Positions 1 through 9,425 of a DNA stretch of 64,000 bases are shown here, one piece after another. Origin of the DNA: a virus. Position numbers and translations under genes: made by a program. The stretch's first letter is position 1, and each line of letters starts with the position of its first letter. The DNA lies in the IMG/VR virus record IMGVR_UViG_3300025132_008118; one strand, written 5' to 3'. The notes under the pieces are model-generated. The model saw only the letters and a program-made list of their open reading frames with translations. It had not been told where the DNA came from and ran no database searches.

Positions 1-1
1 A

Positions 2-431
2 AATGTTCAATTATTTTACCGATAAAGATATTTTTAGGTTCACTGTACATGCACATAGAATCTATATAAAAAGGTAAATTTTGATGATTATAATAACTAT
101 TATTTGAATCCTGCGAAAACATGCAACATTTATCATCTAGTAAACATCTAATATCTTTAGTTAATAATACATCTAAATCTATATATAAACCACCATATTC
201 ATATAAGTAAAAAAATCTTGCGGAATCTATCTGATTAATTTTATTATTATAATTAGAATATATAGGATAAAAATCTGGAAATTTATTTTTTATAAAATTA
301 TTATTATCTTCATCAGTCCATAATTTAAACTCGCAATCGTTAAAATATTTTTTTAATTTAAGTTGATTTTTTTTATATTTTAAGGGTAGGAATTTACTAC
401 TCCAACTTTGATGTATAATTTTATAATTCAT
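2..431 (-). CDS. Glycosyltransferase, GT32/OCH1-like DxD family (partial; runs off the window start; absent from the ORF track)
   Basis: Manual translation from ATG at 431: MNYKIIHQSWSSK...KLWTDED...DSARFFYLYEYGGLYIDLDV, the typical GT32 signature (IIHQ.W; D..R...LY.YGG.Y.D.D). Confidence 0.8.
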   Translation of the reverse strand, partial: MNYKIIHQSWSSKFLPLKYKKNQLKLKKYFNDCEFKLWTDEDNNNFIKNKFPDFYPIYSNYNNKINQIDSARFFYLYEYGGLYIDLDVLLTKDIRCLLDDKCCMFSQDSNNSYYNHQNLPFYIDSMCMYSEPKNIFIGKIIEH

Positions 432-951
432 TTATATCTATTCTTTCTTTACCGTAAAATTTATTAAAGCCTTTTTTAGTTAAAATTTCTTTATATAAAC
501 CTGTTTCTTTATTAAACGGAAAACAAAATATATCAGGTATTTTTCCTAAATGTTTATTAAAATCATTTAACATATACCTATTATCAGCTATAATACACTC
601 AACACAGTCAGGAGTTTTTTTCATATGAAAATGACTATGGCACCCAACAACACAGTTATCTTGTTCATCTATATTTTTAATTTGAGACCATTTCATATAG
701 TTGTTGTATATACCTTTACATGAGTTTTTATGTGCATCTACGCATGTAATAAAGCTACTGTCTTGTATTTCATCTTCAGGACAAACTATACCACTACTAA
801 TAAAAAAATATTTTTCAGTATCTATCTGTAACAACTCATCTAGAAATAGATACTGAGTATATAAACCATCATCAAAAGTTAATACATAATCTTCTAACGG
901 TAAATTTAAAAAATCTTCCGTAAATTCGTGTATCATTAATATCGGTTTCAT
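421..951 (-). CDS. Polysaccharide deacetylase (NodB/CE4-like)
   Basis: LTFDDG motif, GCHSHFH metal motif, FCFPF motif. Confidence 0.75.
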   Translation of the reverse strand: MKPILMIHEFTEDFLNLPLEDYVLTFDDGLYTQYLFLDELLQIDTEKYFFISSGIVCPEDEIQDSSFITCVDAHKNSCKGIYNNYMKWSQIKNIDEQDNCVVGCHSHFHMKKTPDCVECIIADNRYMLNDFNKHLGKIPDIFCFPFNKETGLYKEILTKKGFNKFYGKERIDINEL

Positions 952-1685
952 TTCAATTTCAATACATAATCGATTATATCACTTTTAAAATAATTTTTAA
1001 TTATTTCAGCATTATTAATAATACAATGACCGCCAATTTTACCTTTAGGAGAATTAAGTACAGGTCTAACTACATTTACTTTACCTAAAGCAGTATAACC
1101 TTTATTGTATTCAGTATTCCAGTCAGTCATAATTTGCTCATAAGGTAAATTATTCTTTTTGCACAATAAATCTACATCATTATGAAAAGCTATACACATA
1201 CCATAATATAATGTAGATAATATTTTTGACGTCTCGACAGTTTTAGTATTTTTAAAAATTTTATATTTAATTTTTAACTTTTTAAAATGTTTTTTTGCAA
1301 GTTTGAGACTACTTTTATCGTTTGCACCTATAAATTTTGTAAATGTTTTTATACTTTTATATAAATTCGGATGAGTACCAACAACGGGTGAATATACTAT
1401 ATTTGTAGTTTTAATTTTTTTTGTCGACCCAGGTAAAACTGTGCTGTGTATTATTGTTAACTTCGGGTTAAATTTAGTTATATATTTTTTTACTATATCA
1501 ACAAATTGTTCACTATATGGTATACAAATATTCATTACATTAATATCCTTAACTTTTACTAAAGAGGAATTAATATCTACAACAGTTACATTATAATAGA
1601 CGCTATTATATAACTTATGAATTGCTTTACCAATTTCACCGTTACCAACTACTAATATATTTTCCTTTTTATAGTTAAAAATCAT
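948..1685 (-). CDS. UDP-glucose/GDP-mannose dehydrogenase family protein (short form)
   Basis: Rossmann VVGNGEIG; IHSTVLPG; catalytic GGHC motif; ends before a C-terminal UDP-binding domain. Confidence 0.75.
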   Translation of the reverse strand: MIFNYKKENILVVGNGEIGKAIHKLYNSVYYNVTVVDINSSLVKVKDINVMNICIPYSEQFVDIVKKYITKFNPKLTIIHSTVLPGSTKKIKTTNIVYSPVVGTHPNLYKSIKTFTKFIGANDKSSLKLAKKHFKKLKIKYKIFKNTKTVETSKILSTLYYGMCIAFHNDVDLLCKKNNLPYEQIMTDWNTEYNKGYTALGKVNVVRPVLNSPKGKIGGHCIINNAEIIKNYFKSDIIDYVLKLK

Positions 1686-2335
1686 AACATATTAAAAATG
1701 CAAATAAATGGTTCTGCTTGTTTATATCCTGAAATACTACCATAATATAAGTCTCGATATTTTATATATTCACTACTTACAGGGTCTGGAGCTGGCTGTA
1801 ACTCAGTTGTATACTTATCTATACAATTATATTTTATTTTTACATTATCTTCAATATTATAAAATGTATTATAATTTATACCCTTAAAATTCCATTCCCC
1901 GCTACCTGGTATTGAAAATTCATATAATGCCTTAACAGGACAGTTACGTCTTGGTCTGCATGCAACTCTTACTGCTTTTGATACTAACTCGTGGTCAATA
2001 TGTACATCACCGTTATAATTTGTATAAACGGTATCAGGTTTTATTTGAGATATAATAGATGATATATAACTACTAATTGATAAAAAGGAATGCTTATCCA
2101 AACTCACATCATCATATACATGTTGTATTAATTTTGAAATACCTAAACTTTTTACATTTTCATTAAGTGCCCTTTTACGATTAACCTCTACATCAGAATG
2201 ACTACCTGGTCTATTACCTCTACATAATACACAAAGAGTAATAGTATTGGTTTTAGATAATTTAGATATAGTACCACCCATACCAAACTCTGCGTCGTCT
2301 GGATGTGCTACAATTATTAAAATATTATTATTCAT
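1682..2335 (-). CDS. PIG-L/LmbE-family N-acetyl deacetylase
   Basis: AHPDDAE and HIDH Zn-binding motifs. Confidence 0.9.
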   Translation of the reverse strand: MNNNILIIVAHPDDAEFGMGGTISKLSKTNTITLCVLCRGNRPGSHSDVEVNRKRALNENVKSLGISKLIQHVYDDVSLDKHSFLSISSYISSIISQIKPDTVYTNYNGDVHIDHELVSKAVRVACRPRRNCPVKALYEFSIPGSGEWNFKGINYNTFYNIEDNVKIKYNCIDKYTTELQPAPDPVSSEYIKYRDLYYGSISGYKQAEPFICIFNML

Positions 2336-3218
2336 TCAACATACTTTCAATTATATCCGCATTAGTATATTTAGACTTATATATCGTATTCATTTTTTTG
2401 CAACACGGGCTCCGAAATAAAATATCATCATGGTTTTTTGAGAAAATTTTATCATAATCTATTTTGTTTATATTAATATTTTTTTTAGATATATTTTTAC
2501 ATAAAATAGCTAAATCTGACATTGTTATACAATTTTCTGATGAACCTACATTAAAAATATCACCATTAAAAATATCATTTTCAATAGCAAGTCTAATAAA
2601 CTCAACAGCATCTTTTTGATCGCAAAAAGATCTAACTTGATTTCCAGAACCGTATAACTGTATATTATTATTTGTTTTTATTGCTGTTATCATTTTATGT
2701 AAAACGCCTTTATTATCTCCAACACCAGTTATATTGAAAAATCTTAGTATTAAACTATTTTGACATAACGATTTACATAAAAATTCTGAAGTTAACTTAC
2801 CAGAAGCATACCCCCATCTCGATTTATCTGGACTACCAATAACTAAATTATGACTTTCTTTGGCAGACCTTACATCATGATAAACCTCTGACGTACTAGC
2901 AAAAATAATTTTTTTATTGTATTTTTTAACTAAATTGAATACGTTTAAATTTATAGTTAACATATCATGTAAGTAAGTATCATGATTATAATCAATTCTT
3001 TCAACTCCAACAGGGCCGGCTAAATGTATTATAATATCACTAGATTTAATTTCTTCCTCTACAGCATTACTATAAAACATTAAGTCATGTTCTATAGATT
3101 TAATTGGTGTATTTTTATCTATTACTTTATCTATACCAATAATTTCTATATTTTTATATAATTTTAAAACTATAGATTTACCTAAAAATCCGTTATGACC
3201 TGTTATTAAAACTCTCAT
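2328..3218 (-). CDS. NAD-dependent epimerase/dehydratase (extended SDR)
   Basis: TGHNGFLG, IHLAG, ASTSEVY, YASGK (YxxxK), RFFNITG. Confidence 0.9.
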   Translation of the reverse strand: MRVLITGHNGFLGKSIVLKLYKNIEIIGIDKVIDKNTPIKSIEHDLMFYSNAVEEEIKSSDIIIHLAGPVGVERIDYNHDTYLHDMLTINLNVFNLVKKYNKKIIFASTSEVYHDVRSAKESHNLVIGSPDKSRWGYASGKLTSEFLCKSLCQNSLILRFFNITGVGDNKGVLHKMITAIKTNNNIQLYGSGNQVRSFCDQKDAVEFIRLAIENDIFNGDIFNVGSSENCITMSDLAILCKNISKKNININKIDYDKIFSKNHDDILFRSPCCKKMNTIYKSKYTNADIIESMLNE

Positions 3219-3832
3219 TTAAATAAATTTTTATTTATTATTGGGTAATCTGTAGATCTACCAGGTATATTATCGGACGTTAAATTCATATTTAATAACA
3301 ATTCTAGGCCTTTAATTGCTTCATTAGGTAATAAAGGACAGTGATAACCAATTATATCTATATTACCTATATTGCCATATTCATTATACATATTTCTACC
3401 ATCGTGTCTCGCTTTGATTAACCACTCGTATGCATCAACATTATCTGTTAATATTGCTCCTCCCCTACCAATTGGTAAATGTTTTTTAAACTGAAAAGAT
3501 ATACAATGAAACGTATTTTCTATATACATATTTTTTGTAAAGTTTTGAGCTGAATCAATAATAGGTGTATTTTGTAATTTATATGAACCGATCCATTTAT
3601 AATCTACTAAGTTTAGTTTATAACCAGCATTTATTATTTGCATCGGTACCGATATATACGTTCTACTGGGTATTGTTATTGTAATATCTTCATTGTTAAT
3701 AAATTTTTTATAATATACTAATGATAAAAAAATTGCATTGGTACAGCTATCAACAGCGACAGCATACTTACTACCGGTATAATTACAAATAGATTCTTCA
3801 AAATCTTTTACACATAACCATGGGTTACTCAC
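3215..3832 (-). CDS. DegT/DnrJ/EryC1/StrS PLP-dependent sugar aminotransferase (short form)
   Basis: AVAVDSCTNAI, IIDSAQ, SFQFKKHLPIGRGG (PLP lysine region). Confidence 0.85.
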   Translation of the reverse strand: MSNPWLCVKDFEESICNYTGSKYAVAVDSCTNAIFLSLVYYKKFINNEDITITIPSRTYISVPMQIINAGYKLNLVDYKWIGSYKLQNTPIIDSAQNFTKNMYIENTFHCISFQFKKHLPIGRGGAILTDNVDAYEWLIKARHDGRNMYNEYGNIGNIDIIGYHCPLLPNEAIKGLELLLNMNLTSDNIPGRSTDYPIINKNLFK

Positions 3833-3847
3833 AATATTAATTATATA

Positions 3848-4474
3848 TTATATTTTTGGAATTTCAATATTTATATTACACATATGTGATATATTTTTTA
3901 TTGTATCTGTCTTTATATTAATATATTCATAAACTATATTAGTATCATTAATACATTTAATAGTCTGATCTAAAAATTCATCTATATATATAAAATTAAC
4001 AGTATTATTTAAATCTATAGAGTTAATCATACCTCTTCTTAATCGTTTCATTAAACCTTTTATTTTACTTTTATGATATACCCGAGGTATTCGTAATATT
4101 ACATAATTGTCATTAGTACTAGTAATATAATTTTCCATAGCTAATTTACAATTACCATATGCATATCTAGTATCCTTTTCGTATATACCCATAGTGCTAG
4201 CAAATATAAACTTACTTTTTGTTTTATTTGCTAGATCTAACATATTACAAGTACCATCGATAATAGTAGTAACTACTTTATTACTATCTTTTAAGTCTTC
4301 AAAATCAGTAGGAGATGCTAAATGAATGATTGTATCAATATCTAAATTATCTGTAATTGGTAATCTTACATCTTTATTATATGCAATAACATCATTATGA
4401 ATTGATAAAGCTTTATATAAATGTTTACCTAAAAACCCGTTACTACCGGTTAATAAAATTTTTTTACCATTCAC
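3848..4474 (-). CDS. NAD-dependent epimerase/dehydratase (short)
   Basis: TGSNGFLG, IIHLA, FASTMGIY, YGNCK, LRIPRVY. Confidence 0.85.
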   Translation of the reverse strand: MNGKKILLTGSNGFLGKHLYKALSIHNDVIAYNKDVRLPITDNLDIDTIIHLASPTDFEDLKDSNKVVTTIIDGTCNMLDLANKTKSKFIFASTMGIYEKDTRYAYGNCKLAMENYITSTNDNYVILRIPRVYHKSKIKGLMKRLRRGMINSIDLNNTVNFIYIDEFLDQTIKCINDTNIVYEYINIKTDTIKNISHMCNINIEIPKI

Positions 4475-4952
4475 AATTATCCCACCCTAGTCTAATAAAA
4501 CATGTACCAGTTTTATCTTTTAATTTATTTTTTATATACCTTATTAAACCACCTCTTGTAGTAGGTGTATGGGTTTCTATATTTAAAGCTTTACAAAGAG
4601 CAATATCATCATCAATTAAATGACCTCTACCAGCGTCAGTATAACAACCATTATGTCCGGAATTTATAAAAATAATTTTACCTTTATATTCAGCCCAATT
4701 TTTTACATTCAATTTAATTTGTTCATAGGCTCTATGCAATATCATACCCGATACTCCATATACAAAAACCGTTTTACCTTGACTAGCAATACCAGATGCT
4801 ATATTTACAATATTAGGTTCTTGAATACCGCAGTCAATGACATTACCTGGCATTCTATTTTTAAAATAATCAAAATGCCACATATCACCATGTATTAAGT
4901 AGATGTCTTTTTTATGTAATTTACCCAAAAATCTGTCTATAGTATTTCTCAT
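4464..4952 (-). CDS. Transketolase-like pyrimidine-binding (C-terminal) subunit
   Basis: DCGIQEPNIVNIASGIA, RAYEQIK, GH...DDIA, FIRLG; adjacent to the N-terminal subunit gene. Confidence 0.85.
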   Translation of the reverse strand: MRNTIDRFLGKLHKKDIYLIHGDMWHFDYFKNRMPGNVIDCGIQEPNIVNIASGIASQGKTVFVYGVSGMILHRAYEQIKLNVKNWAEYKGKIIFINSGHNGCYTDAGRGHLIDDDIALCKALNIETHTPTTRGGLIRYIKNKLKDKTGTCFIRLGWDNCEW

Positions 4953-5610
4953 CTATTTTTTTATAATGCCACTCTTTTATATTTTTCTCCATAAAATCTA
5001 CCCCATGCCCTTTAATTGTATCAAAGAATATAATTGTAGGTTTATCAAATTTAAGTTTATTTAATATGAGGTCGATTTTATCGTTATTATGACCGTTACA
5101 GCGATAAACATTCCAGTTATATTCTTTACAAAAATTTATTACTGGTTCGATATCTATCAATAAATTACCACATCGTTGTGATTTATTAAAGTCTACAGTA
5201 CATAATATATTTTTTATTTGTTTAGTGCCGATATACTGTATAGCCTCTAATGTATTACCCATTTGTAATACCCCATCACCTATATTAACCCATACAAGCT
5301 TTTGACTAACATGAGCAATACCCGAACCTACACCTAATGCATCGCCAAGTATGTCTATTGAAAAATCTAAAAAGTCTACATCATTATTTTTTAATGAAGT
5401 AGATATATTGTTATAATCATCAATTAAACCATATTTTTTCCATATATAAAAATACGATTGAGCTCCATGAGGTTTACCTATAACTGTATGATTTTGTTTA
5501 GATAAAATTTTATTATAATACAACCTATCTAAGTAGTTTAACATACTAAGAGCAGATGGTATATGAGAAAGATCATTTTCATATGATAGTTTTATTATAT
5601 CATTTTCCAT
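4921..5610 (-). CDS. Transketolase-like ThDP-binding (N-terminal) subunit
   Basis: HIPSALS, GKPH, GDALGVGSGIA, GDG...N ThDP motif, TIKGHGV, WHYK. Confidence 0.88.
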   Translation of the reverse strand: MENDIIKLSYENDLSHIPSALSMLNYLDRLYYNKILSKQNHTVIGKPHGAQSYFYIWKKYGLIDDYNNISTSLKNNDVDFLDFSIDILGDALGVGSGIAHVSQKLVWVNIGDGVLQMGNTLEAIQYIGTKQIKNILCTVDFNKSQRCGNLLIDIEPVINFCKEYNWNVYRCNGHNNDKIDLILNKLKFDKPTIIFFDTIKGHGVDFMEKNIKEWHYKKIDEKYYRQIFG

Positions 5611-6532
5611 TGTTAATTTTACTTTGAATTATATCAGTTGCGTTATATTTTTTTATAAAGTTTGTAAATTTTTCTTTAGTTTTAAAAAAGGAAGACTTAT
5701 TGTTAATAACATACTTAAGAGCTGCATTATTTTTTTCACTAAAATCATTACCGGTTATTAATTCATCACCACCGCAGTTAAAGTTATAGAAAAACTCATC
5801 TGGCTTCATTTTACCAGTTACACTATTTGTATTCCACTTTTTATCTAAAGCAGTTACTTTAATATCATTAATATATAATAGATAATTAATGGCAAAGTGA
5901 GATAAAACACCCCCCGCATTTAATAGTTCATTATGTTGTAAGTTAGTTACTTCACGGAGGAAAGTTATTTTATCATATATTTCTTCCCATGTTATATGAC
6001 CATTAAACAAGAACGTATTCATAGTCTCTCTATCAAACATCATAACACCACCAGATATTGCATCATTTACATAATATCTTAAAAAATCTAAACTAACATC
6101 CCTACCACATACTTCTTTTACAAATTCTGGTAGCAGTAGATTATCTTTTCCGTCTAGACCAGGGGTAGATACATATTCATTAAAATCAGACCTTGTATTT
6201 ATAATAATATGTTTATCGGTAAAACCAGTTTTCCATTTATATGCAGTAAATTTATCTTTACTATAACTTTCAAATATATTACTACTGTTTAAGGATATTA
6301 AAACATCCCAATCAATATATAACATTTTATCATATTTAGATTCTGCAAATTCTTTATAAGCCTCGTATACGGTAAAAACTGGAGGATTATAATTTTCATC
6401 GACATCCATTATTTTAAAATCACATTTACATTTTTCGGCATACGTCTTTATTAAATCTATATGTAGATCTAAAAATTTAGGTCGTTTATCAACTGGGCAT
6501 GAAAAACATGTGTATATTATATTATTTTGCAT
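5600..6532 (-). CDS. Putative GT-A glycosyltransferase (GT8/nucleotide-diphospho-sugar transferase-like), paralog B
   Basis: KMLYIDWDVL DxD motif, SGGVMMF, LDKKWN. Confidence 0.65.
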   Translation of the reverse strand: MQNNIIYTCFSCPVDKRPKFLDLHIDLIKTYAEKCKCDFKIMDVDENYNPPVFTVYEAYKEFAESKYDKMLYIDWDVLISLNSSNIFESYSKDKFTAYKWKTGFTDKHIIINTRSDFNEYVSTPGLDGKDNLLLPEFVKEVCGRDVSLDFLRYYVNDAISGGVMMFDRETMNTFLFNGHITWEEIYDKITFLREVTNLQHNELLNAGGVLSHFAINYLLYINDIKVTALDKKWNTNSVTGKMKPDEFFYNFNCGGDELITGNDFSEKNNAALKYVINNKSSFFKTKEKFTNFIKKYNATDIIQSKINNGK

Positions 6533-7481
6533 ATATTTCTATTAACCGTTTATTATCAAAATTATTTTTTATATACTTTAAAAAATCTTTTTCTTCATCG
6601 AAAAAAAGCAATTTATTATTTTTTACAAATCTCATACAAGCAACGTCTTTTTGATACAATATATTCTTTTTACTATCATCTGCACATGCTCCATTAAAAT
6701 TAAAAAAATAATCACTAGCCGACATATCACCCAATACTGAACTTGAGTTCCATTTTTTATTCAAGTTATAATCAAAATTTATATTATTAATAATTCTTAA
6801 ATAGTCTATAATATATTTTGATTGGGTTATTTCAACACTTTGCAACATTTTTATTTCATTATTATCCGATATACTATTATTAAGTTCTAATAGTTTTTTA
6901 TATAAATTAGACCATGACCATTTACCGCTATATAAAAAATTACACATAGTTTTTTTATCAAATAGCATTACACCACCAGAGCATTCTTCATTTATATAAG
7001 TTTCTAATATATTATTTGTTACATTTTCATTGCATACATATTTTAAAAAATAAATAAAAGCTTCTGCTTCATCACAAGGAGCTCCTTCTATTTTTGAATG
7101 TATTTTTTCATCATACACATGACTGATAAAATTTTCTATTGAACTTATATTAATATAATTATTAGTATAACTATCACGCCACCGGTATGCTGCAAAAGGT
7201 GCATTTTTATACTCTTCAAATATATTAGGTGCATTTTTAGATATTAAAATGTCCCAATCTATATACAACATTTTATCATAATTTGACTCGCTAAAATGTT
7301 TATATGCCTCGTATACAACAAACGACAATGGTTTATAATCTTCTTTAATATCACTTATACAAATGTAATCACAGTTATATTTTTCTGCATATTCTTTTGC
7401 TAGTTTTTTATGTAATTCAACAAATCCAGGTAAATTTTTATCATGCGGTTTTTTATAACATGTGTATATTACATTTTTCAT
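6522..7481 (-). CDS. Putative GT-A glycosyltransferase, paralog A
   Basis: KMLYIDWDIL, SGGVMLF, LNKKWN; collinear with 5600..6532. Confidence 0.65.
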   Translation of the reverse strand: MKNVIYTCYKKPHDKNLPGFVELHKKLAKEYAEKYNCDYICISDIKEDYKPLSFVVYEAYKHFSESNYDKMLYIDWDILISKNAPNIFEEYKNAPFAAYRWRDSYTNNYINISSIENFISHVYDEKIHSKIEGAPCDEAEAFIYFLKYVCNENVTNNILETYINEECSGGVMLFDKKTMCNFLYSGKWSWSNLYKKLLELNNSISDNNEIKMLQSVEITQSKYIIDYLRIINNINFDYNLNKKWNSSSVLGDMSASDYFFNFNGACADDSKKNILYQKDVACMRFVKNNKLLFFDEEKDFLKYIKNNFDNKRLIEIYAK

Positions 7482-8311
7482 TTATAATCAGTTAAATCAG
7501 GCTTCTTTAATTTATATTCTATTAACTTCTTTTTCCATGTTGGTGAAAGAGTTGTCTTATCTGTATATTTAACATGTTCCTCTGGGACTTCAAATGGTGC
7601 GATTTCGTTAAAATAACCACAATATTTACATAAATCTTCAAATTGGTTATATACCGCATCATCATTAATGTCTTTAATATTTTTAATACCAGTATCCATA
7701 CCGAATACTTTATCAATAGCAGCACCGGTTGTGCATGGATAATAACCATGTTTTGTTAAACAAGGTTGAGCACATTGACATTTTTTATGAACACGGGCAT
7801 ATTCTTTATTTTTATTTGCCTTATAATTAATATTATCTATCGGTGCAATATTAATAGGATAAAATAATTGATTATTATCTTTTTTATGGGTGCTTAGGAG
7901 ATTAATTAAATGGGATGTATGTTGTAAATTTATTAATTTATTTTTTTGTTTACCGTTAGTTAATACTACTAAACCCTCTTTAATATAATTCTCTATATGT
8001 TCATCAAAATAAGTAGTATGGTTATAATCACCTTTATATATTACACCATTCTTAAAAAATGCTTTATTTAACATTCTAATTATTTGTTGTATATTAGGGT
8101 GGAGTAAAGGTTCACCACCGGTAAGAACTATAATTTCCCATTTTATATTATTTTCTAAAGATTCATTTATAAAACTAGTTATTTGTTCAACTGACATAGT
8201 ACTATCCATTTTTGGAGCTTGTCTAACCATAGCATCGCAGTTATGGCATGCCATATTACATTTAGCAGTAATAGACAATTCTATGTATTTTTTATCCCAA
8301 CTTGGTATCAT
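7478..8311 (-). CDS. Radical SAM protein
   Basis: CNMACHNC (CxxxCxxC), TGGEPLLHP, LTNG; C-terminal Cys cluster (twitch-like). Confidence 0.9.
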   Translation of the reverse strand: MIPSWDKKYIELSITAKCNMACHNCDAMVRQAPKMDSTMSVEQITSFINESLENNIKWEIIVLTGGEPLLHPNIQQIIRMLNKAFFKNGVIYKGDYNHTTYFDEHIENYIKEGLVVLTNGKQKNKLINLQHTSHLINLLSTHKKDNNQLFYPINIAPIDNINYKANKNKEYARVHKKCQCAQPCLTKHGYYPCTTGAAIDKVFGMDTGIKNIKDINDDAVYNQFEDLCKYCGYFNEIAPFEVPEEHVKYTDKTTLSPTWKKKLIEYKLKKPDLTDYK

Positions 8312-9405
8312 ACTTTTTTCCTTTTAACATACTGATATTTGGTATTGCAATCACAATATTTTAACGGGCAAGTAACACAGCTAGTAAGATTATTGTTATC
8401 TATATCAATTAATTGTATAAGTTTACCGGTACATGAATTTTGAATTGTACCATTCATATTTATTTTCCACATTAACGGTCGACAATCCCAACCTTCATAT
8501 TGATATAACTTATGTTTATAAATATCAGCATCTGTTAATGTTTTATTTACTGATTTATTATTAATATTTCCTCTAAATAAACGAGCTCGATTAATTATAA
8601 CTGAATTATTATTTTTATACTTTTCATGTTTAATTAATTTACGATGATTTATTAAAAATTTTTCATTGTAGTTAACTAATTTTTCATTAAAAAATTTGTC
8701 TATATTATCGTTAGTTAATTCATTACTTTCTTCTATATGTATACTTTCATCTAAAGGGTTATTATAAAAAATAGGTTCAAAAATGTCCCAAAATTCTTTA
8801 GTATATTTTGGAGTAAAGTCATTACCTTCAAATTCATATAATAAATTACCAGCAAAATTAATTTTATTATTTTTTAATGTATCTACTAAATCTAAGGTAG
8901 ATTGCCAGTATTCTTTTTCATGAAATAAATTTATAAGAGGAGTAATAGTTAAATGTTTACATTTGTCTATTTCAATTAATTTGTCAATAAATTTTGGAGT
9001 AAAATATTCTGGATGGTATGAAGCAACTATATCAACTTTATCAGTTTCAGGTTTGTCAAATTGTTTAAAAAAATCTATACTTTTTGATAGATTAGTCGTT
9101 ATTTCAACCTGAATACAATTATCTATAGCACATAATTCTTTAACTATTTCATATATATCCGGGTGTAAAGTCGGCTCACCGCCAAGTAATTCTACAGTAA
9201 ATGGTATTTTTATTTTTTTAAGAGACAATATTTTTATTACATTCTGCCATGTAGCTTTTTTATCTTTTATTTTTTTAAATGTATGCTTATTAAAAGCTTT
9301 TGCACTACAATAGCTACATTTATAGTTACATACATCTATAATATCCCAAGAAAAAGTTAGTAATTTATAGTTTGTGTTACCCGCAGCTGTTATGGTATCA
9401 AACAT
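8308..9405 (-). CDS. Radical SAM protein
   Basis: CNYKCSYC, GGEPTLHP, TTNLS; C-terminal C...C...CVTCPLKYCDC. Confidence 0.9.
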   Translation of the reverse strand: MFDTITAAGNTNYKLLTFSWDIIDVCNYKCSYCSAKAFNKHTFKKIKDKKATWQNVIKILSLKKIKIPFTVELLGGEPTLHPDIYEIVKELCAIDNCIQVEITTNLSKSIDFFKQFDKPETDKVDIVASYHPEYFTPKFIDKLIEIDKCKHLTITPLINLFHEKEYWQSTLDLVDTLKNNKINFAGNLLYEFEGNDFTPKYTKEFWDIFEPIFYNNPLDESIHIEESNELTNDNIDKFFNEKLVNYNEKFLINHRKLIKHEKYKNNNSVIINRARLFRGNINNKSVNKTLTDADIYKHKLYQYEGWDCRPLMWKINMNGTIQNSCTGKLIQLIDIDNNNLTSCVTCPLKYCDCNTKYQYVKRKKV

Positions 9406-9425
9406 TTATGTATTTAGTTAATTTA

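Noticed and set aside
4402-4898. Plus-strand ORFs 4402..4623 and 4620..4898
   Set aside because: They are antisense shadows of well-supported SDR and transketolase genes, with no motifs or promoter.
7478-8311. Possible QueE to complete the deazaguanine pathway
   Set aside because: It has a twitch-like C-terminal Cys cluster and sits in the GT island; the overall pattern is not QueE-like.
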